DNA from: a virus
Lineage: Duplodnaviria; Caudoviricetes
Length of the DNA: 54,797 nucleotides
Direction: 5' to 3' (one strand)
Virus record (IMG/VR): IMGVR_UViG_3300046791_000336
Location: 1-54,797 of that record
Below the pieces are notes generated by a model that was not told where the DNA came from, did no database searches, and saw only the letters and a list, made by a program, of their open reading frames with translations. The translations under genes and the position numbers were made by a program. Positions within the stretch are counted from its first letter, which is position 1. Each line of letters opens with the position of its first letter. Below, in pieces: positions 44,332 through 53,936 of the stretch.

Positions 44332-44589
44332 ATCATTCGTCAGCATTGGGTCTGAGTGACCTGGGGCGCAAGTGTGCACATGCGCGCACCGGGGTAGCCG
44401 CAACGTTCTGCTGCACCTAGCCGTCGTTTAGTTCTCCAACGGCATCGGGGGATGCCAGTCAGGAATCCGAGTGTCTCGATTACTCATCATCTGTTTGCTC
44501 TCCTGCACCTCCCACCGCTCCGGCCCAACCTGTCACCCGCAATCGCAGGGGGCGGAGCGGACAGGCGGGCAGACGTGTGAGGTGCGGAA

Positions 44590-44883
44590 GTGAGCAAATT
44601 CATAGTCACGTCACAGTCTATCAGTGGCGCACCGGACCTCGAGTTCAGGTTCGACAGCGACACATGCCGGGCCGAAATCTGCGGCGCTCGGTTGTACTGC
44701 GAGGCGCGCGGTGATGGCGGCATCGACATGCGGCTCACCGATGCCACCGGCGAAGTCCTGGCGGACCTTGTGGTGAACGCTCGGTCACATCGCAACATGA
44801 CCGAGAACGTCCAGGACATCGGCTCCGCATTGCTGTGGTCGCACTGGCGGCATCAACAAGCGCTCCAGACGGAGACACCATGA
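44590..44883 (+). CDS. Hypothetical protein
   Basis: GAGGT SD before GTG. Confidence 0.55.
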   Translation: MSKFIVTSQSISGAPDLEFRFDSDTCRAEICGARLYCEARGDGGIDMRLTDATGEVLADLVVNARSHRNMTENVQDIGSALLWSHWRHQQALQTETP

Positions 44884-45182
44884 CCCCACTCGCAATCACC
44901 GCCATCGTTGCGGGGGCGGCGGTTGGGTACCTGTTGGCCGCTGGAACCACGTGGACGGTGTGGGGTCGCAACTTCAGGGAAGAGACAATCAGGACCGAGC
45001 CTGACTGCGTGTTGGCTGAGATTGCAACCGTGATGTGGCCATGCACATGGGCAATCGGACTCGGACTGGCAGCGCTGGCGGTCCCGTTTCTGGTCGGTCG
45101 GTATCTGTTCCTGTTCCCCGGCGCTGTCTCCACCTGGCGCAGCAACCGCAACGGGTTGCCGAAAGCACAGGTGAGGAAGTGA
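44880..45182 (+). CDS. Membrane protein (2 TM)
   Basis: GGAG SD; two hydrophobic segments. Confidence 0.55.
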   Translation: MTPLAITAIVAGAAVGYLLAAGTTWTVWGRNFREETIRTEPDCVLAEIATVMWPCTWAIGLGLAALAVPFLVGRYLFLFPGAVSTWRSNRNGLPKAQVRK

Positions 45183-45187
45183 CGCGC

Positions 45188-45427
45188 ATGTCTCTCGAGC
45201 AAGAGTTCTTGAGCTTCACCACCCGCCTAACCGATGACGAGCTCCGCGTGCTGATCCACCAGGCGCGGAGGATGGTGAGGATTGGGCACGCCAAGTATGG
45301 GGGGTTGGATTTGTCGAAGGAGAAACGGGATTGGACTGCCGAGATGGCGGCCGAATCCAGCGACAGACTTTTCTATGACGCATGCCGCGAAGTAGCACAG
45401 GCGATGCGCGATGGAGGTGACCAGTGA
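45188..45427 (+). CDS. Small all-alpha protein, MazG-like nucleotide pyrophosphatase motif
   Basis: GHAKYG...RDWTAEMAAESSDRLFY; adjacent to dUTPase. Confidence 0.45.
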   Translation: MSLEQEFLSFTTRLTDDELRVLIHQARRMVRIGHAKYGGLDLSKEKRDWTAEMAAESSDRLFYDACREVAQAMRDGGDQ

Positions 45428-46077
45428 TTCTCTGCATCAAGAATGAATCGGGACACGCATTCGAGAAAGCCACTGCTGGCTCTATCGGATTCGATCTGCG
45501 CGCGGTGCACCAAAACCCGGTAACCATCGAGCCAGGTCAACGCGATCGGTTCGACACCGGTATCTCTATCGAACTGCCGCCTGGCTGGGGCGCGCTGGTC
45601 CAGCCGCGATCCGGTCTCGGCTCCATGGGTGTTATCGCCATGACCGGTGTAATTGATCGCGACTACCGAGGGCGTATCTCTGTGGTGCTCATCAACCTTG
45701 GCGACCAGCCATACACAGTTGAGCCCGGCGAACGCATCGCGCAACTCGTGCCCGTGATGGTGCCGACCATTGATGCGGTGTGCGAGATGGAGGAACTGCC
45801 GAGCTCAAAGCGAGGGACGAACGGATTTGGCAGCACGGGGAGGAGCGCCTTCACCGACACAGCCAGTGCAGCCGCCCACGCAATCGCAACCGGCAGCGCA
45901 ACCGTGGTGCGCGATGACGGCAGCACGCGGGTGCATATCTCGATACCGCCGGCGTGTCCGGCGCCGGATTTTTTGGACAAGGTCGAGACACGCTCGCTCT
46001 TGGACCCGGCGCGTGGATTGGACTTTGATGTAGGCGATATCGAGTCGCCGTTGAGCGGAGTGGAGAGCAAACGATGA
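45424..46077 (+). CDS. dut: Trimeric dUTPase with C-terminal extension
   Basis: GSIGFDL, PRSGLG, GVIDRDYRG, GERIAQL, RGTNGFGSTG. Confidence 0.95.
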   Translation: MILCIKNESGHAFEKATAGSIGFDLRAVHQNPVTIEPGQRDRFDTGISIELPPGWGALVQPRSGLGSMGVIAMTGVIDRDYRGRISVVLINLGDQPYTVEPGERIAQLVPVMVPTIDAVCEMEELPSSKRGTNGFGSTGRSAFTDTASAAAHAIATGSATVVRDDGSTRVHISIPPACPAPDFLDKVETRSLLDPARGLDFDVGDIESPLSGVESKR

Positions 46078-46368
46078 GCTGCGTTCTCGTCATCCTCGCC
46101 TTCTATCTCAAGATCGAACTGACACTCTTGTCCGTCGTTGCATACGCATGCGCGGTGTCGCCGGAGCCGGATGAGCTGCCGGTGGCGAGGGTGGTGGTGA
46201 GATGAGACCACCGCACATCTACGCCGCCTGGGACGGCAAGACATATCTCCAGTTCCGCTGCCCTCTATGCGGCAAGCAATCCGACTGGGCCGGCGTTGAG
46301 GAGTACCGAGAGACAGATGAGAGAGCGCGGAGGCATGAGGCGGAGGAGCACAAGAGGGTGGTGTACGC

Positions 46369-46584
46369 GTGAATAAGGGGCAGTGGGCGCGTGAGTCGTT
46401 GCGAGCGTGCGAGGGGTGTGACGAGTTGATTGGCTACGCCGTTGACGACTCACAGCTTATCTATGCATTGCGTGAGTCCCTCCGCTCTCTCGTCTCCCAA
46501 CTCGAGCGCGTCCAGGGCTACAGTACGCACGAGGAGCAATGCGAGTTGAGGGCGGCGCGGATGCTGGTTAGACGGGCACGGTGA
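46369..46584 (+). CDS. Hypothetical protein
   Basis: CEGC motif plus helical region. Confidence 0.45.
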   Translation: MNKGQWARESLRACEGCDELIGYAVDDSQLIYALRESLRSLVSQLERVQGYSTHEEQCELRAARMLVRRAR

Positions 46585-46660
46585 CAAACGTGGCTAAGCG
46601 CGGTCGACAGCAAGTCACGAGTCCAACTGATACACAGAACTACAACACGAAAGGATCAGT

Positions 46661-46903
46661 ATGCCGAAAATTGAATGTAGCAGAAACAAGGACGGCGGAA
46701 TCAAGATCGCCGCAGATGGGGTCGTTATCGCTAGTTTCAGACGACCACTCTTCGAAGAGTGCCAGTGTGGTGGATGGTACGAGTGGTACCCACGACAAAC
46801 CGCCGATGGGGTTATCCGAGATCAACCGGTGTGCTCCAAATGCCGTACTGGACCGTATAGAGACGCTGCGAAAGCGCGCCGAGTCAGGCGACGCAAGGGC
46901 TAG
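46661..46903 (+). CDS. Zn-ribbon hypothetical protein
   Basis: SD GAAAGGA; CQCG...CSKC; basic tail. Confidence 0.6.
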   Translation: MPKIECSRNKDGGIKIAADGVVIASFRRPLFEECQCGGWYEWYPRQTADGVIRDQPVCSKCRTGPYRDAAKARRVRRRKG

Positions 46904-46961
46904 ATTCCACGCCAGGGGGATTCTATCCAAGGCCGGTCTACCAATACCGGACTGGTGCGAG

Positions 46962-47666
46962 GTGCTCAGGCGCGGAGCGAGAACGAAGCCCGCTCCTACA
47001 GCCCACGAAAGCGTCCAGGTCGTTCGCCACGGTGATGTATTGGAGTCGCTTCAAGACATACCGATGGACGCGTTTGTGATTTCAGACCCTCCATACAACC
47101 GGGGCTATCATTACGATAGGTACGAAGATACAAAGGATATCAACGACTACAAGGAACTCATGCGTAGGGTGTTCTGGGGTCGTCGCTCCGTAATCGTCCA
47201 TTACCCAGAAGAAACGATATCTGTTCTCGGCCAGTGTCTCGGCGGATTAACGGATGTTATGGCGTGGGTGTATCCGTCCAACCAGTCAAAGCAACACAGG
47301 CTTGTTACGTGGTGGAACTGTGCGCCGGACTGGAGAAGGACCCCGCAGCCATACAAAAACCCGACCGACAAACGCGTACGAAAGCTCATTGACTCAGGGA
47401 AGAGTGCGCGCGGGTATGACTGGGTTGAGATTAATCACGTCAAGAACGTCAGCGGCATCGACCACCCGTGCCCGCTTCCGTTGGAGCTCGCCGAGCGCCT
47501 AGTTCTTGCCACGACCAGCCCAGGCGACCTGGTCGTCGATCCGTTCGCTGGATCTGGAACCGTGCTTGTCGCGGCCATCAAGCACGGGCGGCGAGCTCTT
47601 GGTTTCGAGATAAGCGAGAAATACGCCGAACTCGCTAACGGGCGAATAGCAGAGGTGACGAAGTGA
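46962..47666 (+). CDS. N6-adenine/N4-cytosine DNA methyltransferase (beta class)
   Basis: SDPPY precedes HPCPLP and DPFAGSGT; start uncertain (frame open from 46581). Confidence 0.9.
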   Translation: MLRRGARTKPAPTAHESVQVVRHGDVLESLQDIPMDAFVISDPPYNRGYHYDRYEDTKDINDYKELMRRVFWGRRSVIVHYPEETISVLGQCLGGLTDVMAWVYPSNQSKQHRLVTWWNCAPDWRRTPQPYKNPTDKRVRKLIDSGKSARGYDWVEINHVKNVSGIDHPCPLPLELAERLVLATTSPGDLVVDPFAGSGTVLVAAIKHGRRALGFEISEKYAELANGRIAEVTK

Positions 47667-47885
47667 CTCCCAGCACCTGCTCCACCTGTCGCCGTGAGTG
47701 TGCGGTTGGGTTTGAGAGATGAGCAATGACGACACCACGTGTTCGGTGTGTGGCGTGACCGCCGCCGAGTTAACCGCTCCGCCTAGACGCGGAGGGGTGA
47801 TGTTGACGCATTGGGTGCAAGGGAAGAAGCGGAGAGTGGAGTGGGTGATTTGTGGGGAGTGCGAACGTAAAGAATTGAGACAGGG

Positions 47886-48098
47886 TTGAATCGCTTAGCA
47901 ACAAAAACCCAGCGCGTCCGTATATGGATTCTCCAGGACGGGAAATGCGCGTTGTGCAGTGTCGATCTAGAAAAGCAATTCGAAGTCGACCACATCGAAC
48001 CATTCCGAAGCAACGGAGCAACTGAGTTATGGAATCTACAAGCGCTGTGTCTGGCCTGCCATCGTTCAAAGACCTCCGCTCAGGCCAGCATCGAGTAG
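47886..48098 (+). CDS. Small HNH endonuclease
   Basis: CALC...EVDHIEP...NLQALCLACH. Confidence 0.85.
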   Translation: MNRLATKTQRVRIWILQDGKCALCSVDLEKQFEVDHIEPFRSNGATELWNLQALCLACHRSKTSAQASIE

Positions 48099-49816
48099 TC
48101 AACCTGTTCAGGGAGCGCAGCGCCGTCGTCGCGCAGCTTCCGACTGGATACGGCAAGACCCTTACTGCGGCGTGCTCATATTTGACCCTGCGCTCACGTG
48201 GCGTGGTTAACCGTATGCTGGTCATCGTGCCGAGTTCAGCTCAGGCACGACAGGCCGGAGATGACATTCCGGCAGATCTGCTCAAGTTCGGTGGCATCAA
48301 GACGATGGCGTACGACGTTGGACGTACTCCAATCCCTGCCCTCAATGCCAACCGCAAGGGAACGTGCGAGGTCTTCGTGGCCACTATTCAGGCACTGGTG
48401 GCGTCTACCGCGGCAATCGATGCGATTGCTAGCATGATGGAAGTCGGCCGCTGGTTCGTCGTCGTCGACGAGCATCACCACTACGGCTCCGACAGCGAGG
48501 CCGTTTGGGGATCCCGCGTCAAATCCCTTCCGTCGACAGCATTGCTCGCGATGAGTGCCACACCACACCGACGCGATGGCGTCAGTGCGTTCGGCTAACC
48601 AGATGTCACCGTATCCTACCTGACGGCGCTAAAGGAGAAGTCGGTCAAGCCACTTGTTCTTCACTCATATCACTACGCGATTGACGCGATCACCGCAGAT
48701 GGAAGCGTCATCTCGATCTCCACTGGCGAATTGGCGGAGATGGCCGGTGGCTCCACACCAGAAGATATAGAGAAGATGATGGCATCTCGCCAAATGCAGT
48801 GGTCTCCGAAGTACATCTACCCACTGATTCTCAATCCGGCGATGCGACTATGCGAGTACTCTGGCGATGGGATCCGCGGGCAGATGCTTGTTCAGGCGAT
48901 TAGCTGTTCGCACGCCGAGATGGTGTGTCGACAGATCAGGGATATGAACCTTGGCATGACAGTTGACTGGGTCGGAACCGGACCAAACGGTCGCAGCGAT
49001 GACGAGAACCGACGAGTGCTGGATTCTTTCTGCCCGCCCAAAAACAAACTAGGAGTGAGAGACTGGAAGCTACAGGTTCTGGTTAATGTCGGTATGGCAG
49101 GAGAGGGGCTCGACTCAACCGATGTCACTGAGGTTGTGTTTCTGAACTCACCCAAGGTGAACAACACCACGCTACAAATCATCGGGCGCGGTGCACGACG
49201 CATGAAACAGGAAGGCACCGGAACGCTGTCGTGCACGATCAACGTGGACAGTTCCAGCGAGCTCGCTGCGTTCGTAGGCGCCGACATCATGTCTGTGTTC
49301 GACGGAGATATCCTAACCAAGGAAGAAAAGGAAGAGATCGAAAAGGAGGCCATGGAGCGCGAGTATCGCCCGTTGGCGGACGAGCCTCGCGTCGCAATTG
49401 CCGACGTGAAACTAACCAGCATCGAAAAGGAGCGTCAGTTGGCGGTCATTGCGGAGAAGCTCGAGTCGCGCGGATTCACAAGGGGTACGCCAGAGTTCGA
49501 TAGGCTAAAAGAAGACCTACGACTAGAGATCTTCGAACCAAACATCGAGCACCACAACGCCAGTTCGCGCATCGCGCAGGTTCGCAACGAGAACGATCTT
49601 GCAGTCAAGAAGGTGGTTGGCCTCTTGGTAAAGAGCCAAACGATCGAGCGCTCGCGCATCGGAGACCTGATCAGAAAGCTGAATGGCGCCGCGATCAGGA
49701 TCGTTGGGGCCCCAGTCGGGGCATGTGATGAGCAGCAACTACGAGACCGATACAGGTGGCTGAAGCAACAGGAGGCCATCCTGCTTTCCGGCGGAGAGAT
49801 ATCGTGGCTTCGGTAG
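48029..49816 (+). pseudogene. SF2 (DEAD/Res-like) helicase interrupted by an in-frame TAA at 48596-48598
   Basis: PTGYGKT, DEHHH and SATP before the stop; same frame continues (PDVTVSYLTALKEKSVKPL) to NVGMAGEGLD and QIIGRGAR. Confidence 0.85.
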
Positions 49817-50430
49817 CAATCAGCAAGGGTATAGACCCGCTGACCGACGCGCACTCTGTGCCGCGCGACCAATGGTCGAAGCTGGTCACCGCTCGAAAGT
49901 ACTCGTGCCTTACCGAGACGCCAACGGATTGCCGCAACTTGCTCAAGTTCGTTGCAGATGCCGCAGAGTGCGAGTGGCTGGGGTATTCGTCGCGTGACGA
50001 GTATCTGAGGGTCGGCCTCGACCTCGAGCCCGAGACCGTAGATCTGGCCGTCGCGTTCCTGCACGCGATGGATATCGATCTACCTGTCGAGTTCGAGAAG
50101 GCTGTAGAGGGCGGCAGGAATCTGGCTGGTCACGGCAAGGATGCAAACGCGGAGAGAGACGGAAGCGGGCGTTTCAAACCTGAGATAGCAAGCGCTACCT
50201 CAGGATATTCGGGGGGCATAGGGCGCGGTCGCGAGTACACCATCGCCCGCCTCTACCGCGATAATCCCGATCTGGCCGCCAAGGTTCGGTCTGGTGAGTT
50301 GAGCGCGAATGCAGCGGCCATCCAGGCTGGGTTTCGCAAGCCAGTCACACCGCTCGCCATCCTTCGCTCGGCGTGGAAGCGCGCATCCAAGGCAGAGCAG
50401 AAGCAGTTCCTCGATGAGGTGTCCGAGTAG
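49804..50430 (+). CDS. Phage DNA-binding hypothetical protein
   Basis: REYTIARLYRDNPDLAAKVRSGELSANAAAIQAGFRK, a recurrent phage motif. Confidence 0.6.
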   Translation: MASVAISKGIDPLTDAHSVPRDQWSKLVTARKYSCLTETPTDCRNLLKFVADAAECEWLGYSSRDEYLRVGLDLEPETVDLAVAFLHAMDIDLPVEFEKAVEGGRNLAGHGKDANAERDGSGRFKPEIASATSGYSGGIGRGREYTIARLYRDNPDLAAKVRSGELSANAAAIQAGFRKPVTPLAILRSAWKRASKAEQKQFLDEVSE

Positions 50431-50432
50431 CT

Positions 50433-51200
50433 ATGGCAGGTGGCCGCATACGCACGCTCAAGCCCGAGATACTCGAGGATGAGAAGACTGCGCCGCTGTC
50501 TGACACGGCGTTCCGTCTCTTTACCTCAATGGTGATCTTGTCGGATGACCACGGCAACGTCCGGTGTGACGTCCGGTGGTTGTCCAGTCAGATCTGGTGG
50601 GCTCACGAGTCCAAACCGAACGTGTTACTGGCGCTGATCGAACTGTGCCGAGCCACGCTGATCGAGGTGTACGGCGTCCGAGGTGGGACGTATGCACACC
50701 TAAGAGGGTGGGAGAAGCATCAGAGGATCGATAACGCCGGTAAATGCAAGGTTCCGAGACCCGATGACGCAGATGCCAATCCAATTCAGGTAGATGAGTC
50801 GATATCTGACAAACTCGCGGCGACTCGCGGCGAAATTCCGCGAACCGCGGCTGGAAGGGAAGGGAAGGGAGAGGAAGGGAATGGGATTGGATTGGATGGG
50901 GAAGCCGCGGCGAAAACGCCGCCGGCCAAGCCCGACAAACGAAAGTGCCGTATCCCGTCCGATTGGGAGCCAAGACCGGAAGAGCAGCAGAAGGCTCGTG
51001 AACTGGGGGTCGACTGCGAGGCAGAGTCCGCTCAGTTCAGGGACCACTACACAGCCAAGGGCGAGGCCCGGGCTGATTGGGATGCCTCGTTCCGTACATG
51101 GCTCCGCAACGCGGTTCGGTTCGGCAAGGGAAGACAGCAACCGGCGCAGCGCGATGTGTTCGCGCTTATCGACGGCGCCGAGATTGGAAAAAACACGTGA
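50433..51200 (+). CDS. Replication initiator protein
   Basis: RIRTLKPE...SDDHG N-terminus; DnaT-like C-terminus FRDHY...DWDASFRTWLRN. Confidence 0.8.
   Translation: MAGGRIRTLKPEILEDEKTAPLSDTAFRLFTSMVILSDDHGNVRCDVRWLSSQIWWAHESKPNVLLALIELCRATLIEVYGVRGGTYAHLRGWEKHQRIDNAGKCKVPRPDDADANPIQVDESISDKLAATRGEIPRTAAGREGKGEEGNGIGLDGEAAAKTPPAKPDKRKCRIPSDWEPRPEEQQKARELGVDCEAESAQFRDHYTAKGEARADWDASFRTWLRNAVRFGKGRQQPAQRDVFALIDGAEIGKNT
50813..50904 (+). repeat. Iteron-like 10-mers and purine/G-run tract within initiator (candidate origin)
   Basis: ACTCGCGGCG x2 (50813-50832), then GGAAG/GGATT-type pentamer tract 50853-50904. Confidence 0.5.
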
Positions 51201-51763
51201 CCAGTGAAAGCGCAAAGTCAGTCGTCAAGCTCTTGCTAGCCTCCTATCCGGCACAACGCATGCGCATGAGCGACGCCGACGTCCTCGCGATGGTGGACGC
51301 CTATGCCGGCGGATTGATGCACCTGGACGATATCTCGGTGCGCAGGGCCATTACCGAGCTCGTGCTTACAGAGCGCTGGATTCCGACGATCGCGCAAATC
51401 GTCTCCAAGGTCAGCGACCAGCACGACGGGCGTAAGCGCGAAGGTGGCGAGGCGTGGGGAGACGCGTTGGCTGCCATCCGGCGTCATGGCTACATGCGAA
51501 CGCCAGGCGTCGACTTTGAGTTTAACGACCCACTCGTGGCCAGCTGTGTCCGCTCGATGGGCTGGAGCGAACTGTGTAACAGCGAAAACATCCACGCCGA
51601 CCGGGCCAGGTTCATCGAGCTTTACGCGCAGCTCGCAGATGGCGACCGTGTTCGGCGCTCCGTGTCCAAGGCTCTGCCTGGGTCGGAGGCCAAACAGCTG
51701 CCAAGCGGGACTCGTTCCGTAGGCGACGTAATCAGACACCTACTCGGAAAGGGTGACGAATGA
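51197..51763 (+). CDS. Replicative helicase loader/inhibitor (G39P-like)
   Basis: LLASYP, WIPTIAQI, GEAWGD, RARFIELY; follows initiator. Confidence 0.7.
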   Translation: MTSESAKSVVKLLLASYPAQRMRMSDADVLAMVDAYAGGLMHLDDISVRRAITELVLTERWIPTIAQIVSKVSDQHDGRKREGGEAWGDALAAIRRHGYMRTPGVDFEFNDPLVASCVRSMGWSELCNSENIHADRARFIELYAQLADGDRVRRSVSKALPGSEAKQLPSGTRSVGDVIRHLLGKGDE

Positions 51764-52080
51764 CCGGCGCCGACCTCCAACGCCTCCGACGTGCCAGGGC
51801 TCGCGAGCTCGGGCTCTGCGGCGTGTGCTGCGTTCGCAAGCCCGACACGGGCAACAAGTGCACTGGCTGCCGGATGGCACAGGCTCGAGCTATTCGCGCG
51901 CTCAGGGCTCGTGCTGTTGCTGCTGGCATGTGCACAACGTGCAGGTGTCGCCCGATGGCGCCAGAGTCGAAGTATTGCGCTTGGTGCCTCGGGGCGTATC
52001 AGCGCAGGCGTATGCCCAGGTGGTGTGACGATTGCCTTGCGTTTGGGCATCGGGGTAGTTGCGCAAGGAGGGCGGCATGA
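51760..52080 (+). CDS. Multi-Zn-finger protein
   Basis: Two GLC/GMC-x2-C...CxxC units plus CDDC...H...C. Confidence 0.6.
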   Translation: MTGADLQRLRRARARELGLCGVCCVRKPDTGNKCTGCRMAQARAIRALRARAVAAGMCTTCRCRPMAPESKYCAWCLGAYQRRRMPRWCDDCLAFGHRGSCARRAA

Positions 52081-52445
52081 GTCCAACGCAACGCACGCTA
52101 GCCGAGTGTCGCAAACGGGGCTGGACTGCGGCCGTGGTCGAGCGCTGGAATCCGCATGCCAAGATTCGACAGGACTTATTCGGCTGCATCGACATCCTAG
52201 CACTCACCCCTGACGGCATCCTGGCAATTCAGGCTTGCGCAGGGGCGTCGCATGCAGCGCGCCTTACCAAGTGCCAGTCAGAACCGCGCACGAATGCGTG
52301 GCTGGCTTGTGGCGGGCTTTTTCAGGTGTGGTCCTGGTCCAAGAGGGGTGAGCGCGGAAAACGCAAGCTGTGGGCTCTACGGACCTCGGACGTTTCACGG
52401 GATGTTCCACGGTCGGGGGAAGTGTGTGCCAATGACCCCGATTGA
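52077..52445 (+). CDS. PD-(D/E)XK nuclease, Holliday-junction-resolvase-like
   Basis: SPTQRT...VERWNP...DLFGCIDILAL...LAIQA. Confidence 0.65.
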   Translation: MSPTQRTLAECRKRGWTAAVVERWNPHAKIRQDLFGCIDILALTPDGILAIQACAGASHAARLTKCQSEPRTNAWLACGGLFQVWSWSKRGERGKRKLWALRTSDVSRDVPRSGEVCANDPD

Positions 52446-52614
52446 GGAACTAGCTAAGCAGCATGGAGTCCCAGAACTCGAGCTACTGGAGTTCTTTCTA
52501 GAGCGTGCCGCAATCCGCGAATACGACGCCGGTATGACACGAGAGGCGGCCGAGACTGCTGCGCTGGAGGATGCGCGGGTTTGGGCTCAGCTGTGGAAGG
52601 CGACTCGGAAGTGA
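52432..52614 (+). CDS. Hypothetical protein
   Basis: FLERAAIREYDAGMTREAAE motif common in phage replication regions. Confidence 0.6.
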   Translation: MTPIEELAKQHGVPELELLEFFLERAAIREYDAGMTREAAETAALEDARVWAQLWKATRK

Positions 52615-52653
52615 CAACCAACCGCGCCAGTGGCGCACTGAGAGGGTGAGAAA

Positions 52654-52905
52654 ATGATTACGACAGAGACACAGCCCGCGACACGTCTGACCGCTGAAAC
52701 GCCGGAAAACGGGCCGCCGACCCCCGAAAACATGGGTCGAGAGACACGTGGCAGGGCCATCCGCCGTTTCTGCATCCAGTGCATGGGGGGCGGACAGGGC
52801 GGTGACCCGATGCGCGGACCGACGGGCGTGATCGCCTGCATCCGCGACTGCCCGAGCACTGCGTGTGCGCTGTACCCGTTCAGGCCGTACAGGGAGACGC
52901 GGTGA
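52654..52905 (+). CDS. Cys-rich phage protein
   Basis: AIRRFCIQCMGG...CPSTACALYPFR. Confidence 0.65.
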   Translation: MITTETQPATRLTAETPENGPPTPENMGRETRGRAIRRFCIQCMGGGQGGDPMRGPTGVIACIRDCPSTACALYPFRPYRETR

Positions 52906-53243
52906 CCCAAGAGCGCCAACACCTCTACGTCCTCTGCTGCGCCATCCTGTGGTTCCTGGGCGGGATTGCGCTGATGGCGTTCAGTTGCTCGTGCGCCAGC
53001 CGTCCCGAGCCAACCTGCGAGCGGTCCATCGCGCACTACTACGACGTTGGCTGTGGCTGGACAGACGCGTTAGGTAAGCCGTACGACGTTCATAGCGTTA
53101 TCGGCGAATGCCTGTACGTACTGAGCGTGGCGCCGGTTGGATGCCTGGACGGCGTCCTGGCGTGCCTGGGCGAGGCTAGCGCGGGCGACTGCGACTGTGG
53201 CGAGGAGATTGAGGCGTATTACGAGTGCTGGGGTGGGGCGTGA
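52902..53243 (+). CDS. Cys-rich exported protein or lipoprotein
   Basis: GGAG SD; hydrophobic N-terminus ending AFSCSC; many Cys. Confidence 0.55.
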   Translation: MTQERQHLYVLCCAILWFLGGIALMAFSCSCASRPEPTCERSIAHYYDVGCGWTDALGKPYDVHSVIGECLYVLSVAPVGCLDGVLACLGEASAGDCDCGEEIEAYYECWGGA

Positions 53244-53313
53244 GGGCGCTTGCGTGGCTGGTGCTGTGTGGGTGTACGAGGTGTCTGTATTCGATGCAGG
53301 GGGCGGAGCCGTA

Positions 53314-53871
53314 GTGTCCGCTCAGCTGCCTACAGCCGTTCAGCGTCGACTGGCGCTTGTCTGCGAGCGTTGTGGTGGACCGCTGGTTCCTGGCAGTCGA
53401 TTGTGTCAGACGCATCTGGACGCCAAGCGAGAGCGTCAAAGGCTGTATGCCAACAATAGGCGCAAGCGACTCCGTCATGCCAAGAAGTGCATAGACTGTG
53501 AGAAGCCGAGCGCGCACAGCCGTTGTAAACGGTGCTGGAAACGATCCAGGGGTGTCGACCACAACCACCAGGGTGTCGACCAAATCGGCGGTGGTAATTG
53601 GCGTACAGACCCCGGCACAGAATGGCTTCGCTATCGCGGCAAGGGTAGGCGTGGACGGCTTACGAGTGAAGAGCAGTTGGACGAATACGCCAGAGACGCG
53701 CGGTTTGGAATGGAGGAACTACGTAAGTTCATATCTGCGGTAGATGTGCTCAAGCAGCCATACACACAGTCGTTGCCACGTATCCAGCTGAAGGAGGCCA
53801 AACGTCAGGCATGGTCGTATGCCAGGTTCGCGGGTCGGATTATCGATGACCTGGTGGATAAGGACGAGTAA
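53314..53871 (+). CDS. Zn-finger protein, last gene before terS (late-regulator position)
   Basis: GGAG SD; CERC...CQTH and CIDC...CKRC; helical C-terminus. Confidence 0.6.
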   Translation: MSAQLPTAVQRRLALVCERCGGPLVPGSRLCQTHLDAKRERQRLYANNRRKRLRHAKKCIDCEKPSAHSRCKRCWKRSRGVDHNHQGVDQIGGGNWRTDPGTEWLRYRGKGRRGRLTSEEQLDEYARDARFGMEELRKFISAVDVLKQPYTQSLPRIQLKEAKRQAWSYARFAGRIIDDLVDKDE

Positions 53872-53895
53872 CCCTGACGTGTAGGGGAGGGTTGT

Positions 53896-53927
53896 AATCG
53901 TCCGCTACTGTGACATGTTGTCATAGT
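53896..53927 (+). promoter_or_regulatory. Variant late promoter upstream of terS
   Basis: AATCGTCC (one mismatch)-N18-CATAGT; ATG at 53937. Confidence 0.5.
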
Positions 53928-53936
53928 TAAACTGAA

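Noticed and set aside
46581-46961. Long N-terminal extension of the DNA methyltransferase
   Set aside because: Overlaps a better-supported ORF (46661-46903) with a strong SD; the extension has no recognisable motifs.
48596-48598. Genome-wide stop-codon reassignment
   Set aside because: TAA, TAG and TGA all terminate well-defined genes (e.g. capsid TAA, tail tube TAG, portal TGA); no suppressor tRNA seen.
53547-53582. 21-nt-period repeat GGGTGTCGACCA resembling the late motif
   Set aside because: Lacks the AAT prefix; explained as an in-frame duplication (GVDH/GVDQ).
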